NCBI GenBank assembly: GCA_043779025.1
Contig: JAYWGI010000096.1
Location: 1 to 42,191, forward strand
Source: Myxococcales bacterium
GTDB lineage: Bacteria; Myxococcota_A; Polyangia; Polyangiales; Polyangiaceae
Direction of reading: 5' to 3'
DNA: 42,191 nt
A program made the position numbers and the translations under genes. The notes beneath the pieces were generated by a model that worked only from the letters and a program-made list of their open reading frames with translations, had not been told where the DNA came from and did not search any database. This document shows, piece after piece, positions 35,923 through 42,191 of this stretch (position 1 is the first letter of the stretch; every line of letters begins with the position of its first letter).

Positions 35923-37359
35923 ATGAGCGATTCCATTCATGATGAACCCCAGCATACGGACGCACCCGCGCGCGGCCCGGAGCTCCCAAAACTCCCCTCC
36001 TTCCGAGTCGAAGGTGAGCCCGCTCCGGCACGTACAAGCGAGATTGAGCGAAGCCGCGAGAGCCAGCCTATGGCGGCCGATGACCGTCATGGGGGTACAG
36101 GCTTGGTGCGCCACGACGTAGTTTTGGACCCCGCGCGAATTGATGCGGATGCAGCATCGGTGGTCCTCCGTTTAGTAGCTGCGGGCTTTGAGGCGTATTT
36201 GGTCGGCGGGTGTGTGCGAGACTTGTTGCTGGGCAGTACGCCCAAAGATTTCGACGTCGCTACAAGCGCCAGGCCTGAAGATGTACGTGGCTTGTTTCGA
36301 AATTGTCGAATCATCGGTCGCCGTTTTCGGTTGGCGCATGTTGTGTTTGGTCAAAAGGTGATCGAGGTGGCCACGTTCAGGCGCAACCCGCAGACCGAGA
36401 CCACGCTGCCGCGTGATATCGAGGCTTCCAGTGATCGCGGCGAGCCGGAGCCCTTTGAGGGCGAAGAACTGCTTATCCGCAACGACAACGCGTTTGGCGA
36501 AGCCGACGAAGATGCGCTCCGTCGCGACTTCACACTCAATGCCTTGTTCTACGATCTGGAGCGGAAGCAGGTGCTCGACTGGACAGGCGGGATGGCCCAT
36601 GTGCGAGAGCGTACGTTGCGCACCATCGGCGACCCCGATGTACGCTTCCAAGAAGACCCCGTTCGCATTCTGCGCGCCGTCAAATTTGCCGGGAGGCTCG
36701 ATATCGGCATTGCCCCGATGGTGTACGATTCGATGCTCGCGAACCGCGATCATATCGCGCTTGCTGCGCGTCCTCGCTTGGGCGAGGAGATCGTACGCTT
36801 GCTCCGCGGCGGCGAAGCCCAGCACTCCATGTGGTTGCTTTGGGATACCGGTGCCATGCACATCTTGTTGCCCGAGCTCGCCGCCTTTCTTGACGACCAT
36901 GGCGTTGTCAACGGGCCCGCCGAGCGCTTCTGGCTGCGCATGAACGCCCTCGATGCATTTATCGAAGAGCATGGTGTTCCGCACGACTTCATGCTGTGGA
37001 CCGTGCTGCTTTTTGACGTCATCGCGGAGGCCGTCGCAGGCGCTGCGGATGCGCGCGCGACGCTCGAAGACTTTTTGGAGCACCTCATTGCGCGGGTCTC
37101 GATGCCACGTCGCGTCGCTGACGCTGTCCGCCGCATCTACACGCATTTGCCAGCCATTGCGGCAGGTCGAGGCCGCACATGGCAAGGCTCCGACTTCTTT
37201 GGCGCCGCCCTCGATGTGCTCGAGGTGCACACCTTGATGCGCGGCGTAGGCCGTGAAAAAGTGGATGCGCTGCGCGAGCGCTACGGCGTCGCTGCAGCCG
37301 CACCGGTTGCGGCTCAGCCCAAGAAGTTGCGTCGCCGCTTCCGCGGACCACGCCGTTAA
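35923..37359 (+). CDS. pcnB: poly(A) polymerase I / tRNA nucleotidyltransferase family
   Basis: ..VVLRLVAAGFEAYLVGGCVRDLLLGSTPKDFDVATSARPEDVRGLFRNCRIIGRRFRLAHVVFGQKVIEVATFR...RRDFTLNALFYD...EDPVRILRAVKFAGRL.. closely parallels E. coli PcnB as I recall it. The C-terminal tail is basic. I preferred the ATG at 35923 over the TTG at 35905. Confidence 0.85.
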   Translation: MSDSIHDEPQHTDAPARGPELPKLPSFRVEGEPAPARTSEIERSRESQPMAADDRHGGTGLVRHDVVLDPARIDADAASVVLRLVAAGFEAYLVGGCVRDLLLGSTPKDFDVATSARPEDVRGLFRNCRIIGRRFRLAHVVFGQKVIEVATFRRNPQTETTLPRDIEASSDRGEPEPFEGEELLIRNDNAFGEADEDALRRDFTLNALFYDLERKQVLDWTGGMAHVRERTLRTIGDPDVRFQEDPVRILRAVKFAGRLDIGIAPMVYDSMLANRDHIALAARPRLGEEIVRLLRGGEAQHSMWLLWDTGAMHILLPELAAFLDDHGVVNGPAERFWLRMNALDAFIEEHGVPHDFMLWTVLLFDVIAEAVAGAADARATLEDFLEHLIARVSMPRRVADAVRRIYTHLPAIAAGRGRTWQGSDFFGAALDVLEVHTLMRGVGREKVDALRERYGVAAAAPVAAQPKKLRRRFRGPRR

Positions 37360-37386
37360 ATGCCTCGCCGGTCCCGCTAGGCCGGG

Positions 37387-38829
37387 TCAGCCCTTGGCCG
37401 GGGTGAGCAAGCCGCCGATAAAGGTCTTCAGAAGTTTTTCGAGTACGGGCTTTGGCAGCTCGTTTAGAATGGCGTTTACCTCGGCCATTTGCTCAGGCAA
37501 ATCGGTGCCTCCTAGGCCCCCCATGGCCAGCATGGCGTTCAGTGTCTCGTCGGTGAGCGTCGCCGGATCGAGCCCCGCAAGGATGGGCCCTAGCTGTTGC
37601 ACCATCGGGCCTAACGCGCGCCCTTCGGCGACGGTCATGGCCGCACGGAGATCAGACAGAAACAAGGGCAGGTGTTCGAGGCTGCGCGGCGTGATGGTGA
37701 GATGGATGTTCTCGGGGCCCGTCGCAGTTTTGTACTGAGGCTGCATGAACCAGCCTCGCTCGCGCATCGCATCGATGAGCAGAAACGGGTTCACATGCGT
37801 GGACTCGAATGCAATCAAACTCATCACGGGGTCACCAAGTACACGCAGCCCTGCAAGGGTCGGCAACTCGCGCAGAAGCACGTCGGTGGCCTCGAGCATT
37901 TTGCGTGCGAGTTCCAGGTATCCGGCGTCGCCCAAGTAGTTGAGTGTGGCCCAGGCAGCGGCCACGGGGCCTCCCGATTTGCTGCTCAACATCGTGAGAT
38001 TCACCACGCTGTAGCCTGTCCAATCGGCGCAGGCGAAGGCCTGATGACTGCGCATGGCGGCTTCGCGATAGAGCACCACGCTGGCCCCTTTCGGGCAGAA
38101 GCCGTACTTGTGCAAATCCATCGAGATGGACGTCACGCCGGGCACCCGGAAGTCAAACACCGGCACGTCTCGCCCGAGGCGTGCAAAGTAGGGAAGCAGC
38201 CAACCGCCGATGCAGGCGTCCACATGAAGCGCTACCCCGAGCTCCAGGGCGAGCTCGCCGATCTCGGTGATGGGGTCCATCACGCCGTGGGCGTACGAAG
38301 GAGCGGAGGCCACCAAGAGGCAGGTGTTCTTGTTGCACTTTGCACGCATATCGCTGGCCGCGACTTGGTACGTCGTGGGGCTCACGTCGACCAGATGCAT
38401 CACAACGTCGAAGTAGTGCGCCGCTTTGGCGAATGCAGCGTGCGCCGTTACGGGAACCACAATCTCGGGTTCCGCGATGCCTCGGCTGCGCGCCCAGTCG
38501 CGTGCGGCTTTGACGGCCATCATACAGCTCTCGGTGCCCCCACTTGTGAACGCCCCCACTGAGCCCTCCGGCGCGTTCAGATGCGACAAGCTCGTGCCTA
38601 CAACCTCGTTCTCAAATCGCTTCAGCGACGGAAACACCGTTGGGTCCAGGGCGTTCTCGGTGAGATAGGCGTTGTAGGCGCGCTTCTGCACCTCCTCGAG
38701 CTCGGGCTCGACGGGGTACACATACGCCCATACTTTGCCCGAGCGCCAATCCAGGTCTCGCTTGCGCGCTTCAGCGAGTTCGGTATCCAACACGTCTGCA
38801 GAAAGGCCAGCGGAGCGAAGTGCAATCAT
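37387..38829 (-). CDS. PLP-dependent group II decarboxylase-fold enzyme, sphingosine-1-phosphate-lyase-like
   Basis: 480 aa. Matches include ..FTSGGTESCMMAVKAARDW.., ..HVDACIGGW.. and the PLP-Lys motif SMDLHKYGFCPKGASVVLYR. For comparison, S1P lyases have S.D.HKYG.APKG.S..LYR. There is no N-terminal TM segment. Confidence 0.75.
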   Translation of the reverse strand: MIALRSAGLSADVLDTELAEARKRDLDWRSGKVWAYVYPVEPELEEVQKRAYNAYLTENALDPTVFPSLKRFENEVVGTSLSHLNAPEGSVGAFTSGGTESCMMAVKAARDWARSRGIAEPEIVVPVTAHAAFAKAAHYFDVVMHLVDVSPTTYQVAASDMRAKCNKNTCLLVASAPSYAHGVMDPITEIGELALELGVALHVDACIGGWLLPYFARLGRDVPVFDFRVPGVTSISMDLHKYGFCPKGASVVLYREAAMRSHQAFACADWTGYSVVNLTMLSSKSGGPVAAAWATLNYLGDAGYLELARKMLEATDVLLRELPTLAGLRVLGDPVMSLIAFESTHVNPFLLIDAMRERGWFMQPQYKTATGPENIHLTITPRSLEHLPLFLSDLRAAMTVAEGRALGPMVQQLGPILAGLDPATLTDETLNAMLAMGGLGGTDLPEQMAEVNAILNELPKPVLEKLLKTFIGGLLTPAKG

Positions 38830-38901
38830 GTGAAGCGCGCTACTGTTGTCGCCCCTGGCCTGTCAATGTGGCGTTCTTTATGATGAACCGATGGTTGCGT
38901 A

Positions 38902-38920
38902 GTTGAAAGTCATTTTCAAC
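38902..38920. promoter_or_regulatory. perfect palindrome GTTGAAA-N5-TTTCAAC in the divergent promoter region
   Basis: The sequence GTTGAAAGTCATTTTCAAC lies in the locally AT-richer 241-bp spacer between the divergent genes starting at 38829 (-) and 39071 (+). The binding protein is unknown. Confidence 0.3.
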
Positions 38921-39070
38921 AACAGAGCCCTTGTCAAGTCCTCAGAAGTAACAATTCGATTCTTTCGGTAACCCTTTTGGCTCGGGCACGTACTCACGCG
39001 AATCCACGTGGAGGAATTCTCTCTTCGTGGGGCACAGACGTCGCGTGACGTCCTTCAGGAGAGCCCACAA

Positions 39071-40297
39071 ATGCAACTACGCACCCAATCCATTTTCATC
39101 GCAGCGGCATCCAGTGTCGTCTCGTTGGGACTACTTGCTGCTTGCAGCAGCGACGACAACAAGACCGTGGTCACAACCCCGACCAAAGACACCGGCACCA
39201 TTATGCCCGTCGACTCCGGCATGCCGCCGGCTGTAGATTCTGGCACCCCCCAAACGGCTTGTCAGAAGTATGGCGGCGCCGCCAACATCGACAAAATCGT
39301 GCAGACGGACCTAGTCACGGCCCTCGCTGGTGACTGCCGCATTAGCCGTCACTTTACCGACCTCATCAACGGCTCCGACGCATCCCGTTTGGTTCACGTC
39401 AGCGAGTGCTTGAGCACCCAGGTGCAAGAGCTTTTCGGCTGCGAGGGCGTGAAGTACGAGGGCTCCAAAGACAAGGCCGGCGCTGCATGCCGCAATATGG
39501 TTGCAGCGCATGCCAACGCTCCGAACAAGATTGCGCAAAAGGACTTTGATGCGCTCATTGAGGACGTCGTCGCGGTGCTGACCGCCAAGGGCGTTTCGGC
39601 GGCCGACATCGGCGCAGTAGCACCCGCGCTCACAAGCCCCGGTATGAAAGCTGCCGTTATCACTGCGCCCGCGGCCACGCCCACCAACTGCAATGTGCAG
39701 CCCGACACCACCTCAGCCGACGGCAAATGCGCCGCGGCAACGGGCATCACCACGTGTAGCTCGCCCGCGCAGAGCGCTTGCGTCAAGTACGGTGGTCGCG
39801 CCAACATCGACAAGATCGTCCAGGAGGACTTGGTCACCGCGCTTGCTGGCGACTGCCGTATCAGCAAGCACTTCACGGATTTGGTTAGCTCCACGGGCGA
39901 TGCAACCCGCTTGGTCCACGTTAAGGAGTGCTTGAGCACCCAAGTGCAAGAGCTCTTCGGCTGCCCAGGTGCCAGCTACGCCGGGTCCAAGGACAAGGCC
40001 GGCGTTCTCTGTCGAGACATGGTGGCCGCACACGCAAGCGCACCTAGCAAAATTGCGCAAAAAGACTTCGATGCGCTTATCGAAGATGTGGTCGCAGTCT
40101 TGACCGCGAAGGGCGTCACAGCGGCCGACATCGGCGCGGTGGCCCCGGCGCTCACGAGCACCAGCATGAAGGCCGCAGTCATCACGGCCCCCGGTGCCGC
40201 ACCCACCAACTGCAACATCAAGCCGGACACCTCCGCGGGCAAGAAGTGCGCGGTAGGCGGAGCATCGCCCACGACCACCTGCGCTACAGGCACCTGA
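39071..40297 (+). CDS. lipoprotein with two tandem truncated-hemoglobin-like (2-on-2 globin-like) Cys-rich domains
   Basis: The ATG at 39071 follows CAGGAGAG. The signal plus canonical lipobox is MQLRTQSIFIAAASSVVSLGLLAAC. There are two units of about 151 aa. Each reads ..C.KYGG.ANIDKIVQ.DLVTALAGDCRIS.HFTDL......RLVHV.ECLSTQVQELFGC.G..Y.GSKDKAG..CR.MVAAHA.AP.KIAQKDFDALIEDVVAVLTAKGV.AADIGAVAPAL.. This pattern lines up with trHbN/GlbN motifs: K.GG, D.RI..FF, a GG-type hinge, M..AH and FDA...GV. The fold call is from memory, not from a search. Confidence 0.7.
   Translation: MQLRTQSIFIAAASSVVSLGLLAACSSDDNKTVVTTPTKDTGTIMPVDSGMPPAVDSGTPQTACQKYGGAANIDKIVQTDLVTALAGDCRISRHFTDLINGSDASRLVHVSECLSTQVQELFGCEGVKYEGSKDKAGAACRNMVAAHANAPNKIAQKDFDALIEDVVAVLTAKGVSAADIGAVAPALTSPGMKAAVITAPAATPTNCNVQPDTTSADGKCAAATGITTCSSPAQSACVKYGGRANIDKIVQEDLVTALAGDCRISKHFTDLVSSTGDATRLVHVKECLSTQVQELFGCPGASYAGSKDKAGVLCRDMVAAHASAPSKIAQKDFDALIEDVVAVLTAKGVTAADIGAVAPALTSTSMKAAVITAPGAAPTNCNIKPDTSAGKKCAVGGASPTTTCATGT
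39257..40231 (+). repeat. internal tandem duplication (period 519 nt / 173 aa) within the lipoprotein gene
   Basis: Unit 1 spans 39257-39709 (A63-T213) and unit 2 spans 39776-40231 (A236-T387). The units are about 80 percent identical at protein level by eye, with many differences at synonymous positions. Compare AAGATTGCGCAAAAGGACTTTGATGCGCTCATTGAGGACGTCGTCGCGGTGCTGACC with AAAATTGCGCAAAAAGACTTCGATGCGCTTATCGAAGATGTGGTCGCAGTCTTGACC. Confidence 0.9.
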
Positions 40298-40310
40298 GAA
40301 AGGCACGCTC

Positions 40311-41090
40311 ATGAACAACACATCGCCAACGCCCCGTAGCTATCGTCGGTTCCTGAAGCCCTTGAGCATCATCGCCGGCGTTGTCGTCACGTACATTGGT
40401 GTGGTGGGCTTTGCCCACACTCCCAAAGGTCGGCCGCTGCTCCCTTACTTGGGGCTGCAGTACTTCGGCTCTGCGGCGGCGTCGGCGATGTGTCCCGTGG
40501 GCGGAAAAGATCCAAGCCCTGAGCGTCTTGAGGCTCAGCGGGTTAATGCCATGCAAACGATGCGTGGCACTGGCTTAGCGCCTTCCAATCAGGTGCTCGG
40601 GTTCACGCTCGAGAAAACGCAAAAGTCCGAGGTTCTGGCTTGGGCGGCAGCTTCGCACATTGCGTGTAAGTTGCAGGTTTCAGAGCAGGCCTTGGATTGC
40701 TCCGACGTACACACCAATGCACTGCCGCGCGACTCTGAGGTTGCGAGCGCCGCAGGCGCAGACCGCACCATCGATTCGTTGTTTATGCGCTTCCGTCCCG
40801 ACGGCGTGCTTGTAGGCATCGATGCCATGTTGACGGACAGTTCTGGCAACGGACAGCGTGCGGCCGAACACTATGCTGCGGCGTCTCAAGATCTGGCCTC
40901 GCGCTTCGGCGCTCCGAACTTGCAGAGCGCGCAGACTGCGGGCTCCACCGACGAGCTCCTGGCCAAACCCTTTAGTCAGCGGCAGGTCGTTTATCGCTAC
41001 GAAAACCTTGCGGTGGACGTACGCCTGCTCTCCACGAGCGGTGGGCGGCTGATGTGGCGCGCGCAGTACCGTTCTGTGCCGCGCGTGTAA
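40311..41090 (+). CDS. single-pass membrane-anchored hypothetical protein
   Basis: 259 aa. The N-terminal anchor is RRFLKPLSIIAGVVVTYIGVVGFA, followed by a domain of about 210 aa with no motif I recognise. It starts 13 nt after the lipoprotein stop and is preceded by GAAAGG. Confidence 0.6.
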   Translation: MNNTSPTPRSYRRFLKPLSIIAGVVVTYIGVVGFAHTPKGRPLLPYLGLQYFGSAAASAMCPVGGKDPSPERLEAQRVNAMQTMRGTGLAPSNQVLGFTLEKTQKSEVLAWAAASHIACKLQVSEQALDCSDVHTNALPRDSEVASAAGADRTIDSLFMRFRPDGVLVGIDAMLTDSSGNGQRAAEHYAAASQDLASRFGAPNLQSAQTAGSTDELLAKPFSQRQVVYRYENLAVDVRLLSTSGGRLMWRAQYRSVPRV

Positions 41091-41133
41091 TGTACACTTG
41101 AGCGTTGCCCGGGCTTCCACAACGCCCCTCTCT

Positions 41134-42177
41134 ATGAGACGCTCAAAACTAAGCGCGATGGCCGAGAAGAAATCCGAACATCAGACCGAACGCGAGGTGG
41201 TAAAGCCTCGCGCTTCCTTGTTGCCGGGAGACTTGTCGGGCTTTCGGCTTTCGTCGATCCCATCGATCGACGAAAACGATGTACCTACCGAAGAAAAGGT
41301 GCCGACGCTCGCCTCCTTGGGTGGTGAAGCCTGCGGAATACTCACTGTGCTCAGCGGGTTCAATGCAGGGCAAGTTCAGGTGCTCGCGGTCGGCGACTGC
41401 GTGGTTGGCCGAGGCCAGGACGCCGATTTTTGGGTCGACGATGCGGGCGTCAGTCGTAAGCACTCGCGGTTCATCAAGCGAGGGGACAGCTTCTACGTAG
41501 AGGACTTGGGGTCCACCAATGGCACGTTTGTCGACTCCCAAAAAGTGGTGGGCGCGCAGCGGTTGGGCCCATCGCATCGTGTGCAGTTGGGGGCCTCCGT
41601 GCAGGCCTCTTTCGAGATCGTCGACGTGGCCCAGGCGCTGCTCCGAAAGCGCCTTTACGACACGTCTACCCGAGATGCGCTTACGGGTGTCTATACCCGA
41701 AAGTATTTTTTGGACCGCTTGCCCACGGAGATCGCCTACGCGCGCCGTCACCGCAGCGAACTTGCGCTTTTAGGTATCGATATCGATCACTTCAAAAAAG
41801 TAAACGACACCCATGGCCATGCTGCTGGCGACGCGGTACTCCGCGGTGTGGCCGATCGACTGCTGCAGCTTATTCGAATCGAAGACGTGCTCGTCCGCTT
41901 CGGCGGCGAAGAGTTTTTTATCTTGGCTCGAACCACCGAGGCCGTGCAGTCGGGGGCGCTGGCGGAGCGTATCCGCCGCGCGATTGAGATATTTGTTGTA
42001 CCGTTTGAGCTTACGCCTTTGAGCGTCACGCTGAGCATCGGGGCATGCAACCTCTCGGAGGTTGCATCGGGCGACGCCGAAGAGTTCTTACGTATCGCAG
42101 ACACGCGCATGTACACCGCCAAGCAAACCGGACGAAACCGCGTGTGCTTCAAGGATCCGCTACCTGTTTCCGAATAG
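41134..42177 (+). CDS. FHA-domain diguanylate cyclase (GGDEF) with RxxD I-site
   Basis: The FHA region is ..VVGRGQDADFWVDDAGVSRKHSRFIKRGDSFYVEDLGSTNGTFVD.. The GGDEF region is ..DALTGVYTRKYF...IDIDHFKKVNDTHGHAAGD..RIEDVLVRFGGEEFFIL. GGEEF is at 41902-41916, and RIED at 41875-41886 lies five residues upstream. The start is uncertain (TTG 41098, ATG 41134 or ATG 41158). Confidence 0.85.
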   Translation: MRRSKLSAMAEKKSEHQTEREVVKPRASLLPGDLSGFRLSSIPSIDENDVPTEEKVPTLASLGGEACGILTVLSGFNAGQVQVLAVGDCVVGRGQDADFWVDDAGVSRKHSRFIKRGDSFYVEDLGSTNGTFVDSQKVVGAQRLGPSHRVQLGASVQASFEIVDVAQALLRKRLYDTSTRDALTGVYTRKYFLDRLPTEIAYARRHRSELALLGIDIDHFKKVNDTHGHAAGDAVLRGVADRLLQLIRIEDVLVRFGGEEFFILARTTEAVQSGALAERIRRAIEIFVVPFELTPLSVTLSIGACNLSEVASGDAEEFLRIADTRMYTAKQTGRNRVCFKDPLPVSE

Positions 42178-42191
42178 TTCGCGGTAAACTC

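Noticed and set aside
36172-37230. Long antisense ORFs, for example 36172..37230 (-), 37672..38562 (+), 27126..27893 (-), 9875..10792 (-), 21144..22088 (-), 33846..34610 (-), 12241..13122 (-), 3420..4217 (-), 14773..15663 (+) and 2041..2877 (-)
   Set aside because: Each lies opposite a gene with unambiguous family motifs (pcnB, SPL-like, rpoA, SulP, hydrolase, kinase-EBP, SPFH, ABC, PA14). Their translations are Arg/Ala/Gly/Pro-rich low-complexity sequence, as expected when stop codons are rare in GC-rich antisense frames.
39008-39070. 21-codon 5' extension of the globin-like lipoprotein ORF (GTG 39008)
   Set aside because: The ATG at 39071 is preceded by CAGGAGAG and yields a standard lipoprotein signal peptide. 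The extension would bury the signal sequence and includes the GACGTC repeat leader.
1-42191. Mobile elements, prophage, defence islands, tRNA/rRNA genes
   Set aside because: I recognised no transposase, integrase, recombinase, phage structural, restriction or Cas-like translations in any frame. I found no tRNA-like T-arm (GGTTCGAATCC-type) sequences in the intergenic regions. The only duplication signals are the lipase remnant and the intragenic repeats.

Overview
This is a GC-rich chromosomal segment with strong G/C preference at third codon positions. That bias produces many long spurious antisense ORFs in the six-frame track. The protein repertoire looks like Myxococcota, though this assignment is inference only. 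Supporting it are CGDG..CDDGN..GDGC cysteine-rich repeats with a PA14/fibro-slime-type domain, a eukaryote-like Ser/Thr kinase fused to a sigma-54 activator, an FHA-GGDEF protein, and many Cys-rich secreted lipoproteins. I support about 36 protein-coding genes plus one lipase pseudogene remnant. I saw no rRNA, tRNA, CRISPR array, transposase or integrase. Left to right, the genes are as follows. rsmI (partial) is overlapped by an RpoH-like sigma factor. A hypothetical KOW-like protein is coupled to an asymmetric heterodimeric ABC exporter pair. Then come alr, a Prs-like phosphoribosyl-diphosphokinase, yaeQ and a Cys-rich lipoprotein. Next is a SulP transporter fused to a Cam-type gamma-carbonic anhydrase, translationally coupled to two SPFH/band-7 genes, followed by a CvfB/YitL S1-domain protein. 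A PA14/cysteine-repeat secreted protein sits divergent from an RpoD-family sigma gene that has a textbook sigma-54 -24/-12 promoter. Then come an orphan family-5 solute-binding protein overlapping a beta-lactamase-fold hydrolase, pyrG, acyP, and a lipase-merR-lipase-remnant arrangement. The remnant abuts an rpsD-rpoA-rplQ block that lacks rpsM-rpsK. After that are two secreted proteins (one with proline-rich tandem repeats), a beta-rich secreted protein, a 1432-aa kinase/P-loop/TPR/GAF/sigma-54-AAA+/HTH protein and pcnB. The window ends with a sphingosine-1-phosphate-lyase-like PLP enzyme and a possible operon. That operon comprises a lipoprotein with two tandem truncated-globin-like domains, a single-pass membrane protein and an FHA-GGDEF cyclase. 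The most interesting candidates are the sigma-54 promoter in front of the sigma gene, the kinase-EBP megaprotein, the extracytoplasmic tandem globin-like lipoprotein with its downstream genes, and the STAS-less SulP-gamma-CA fusion with its SPFH partners. All family calls come from motif recognition by eye. No database search was run.
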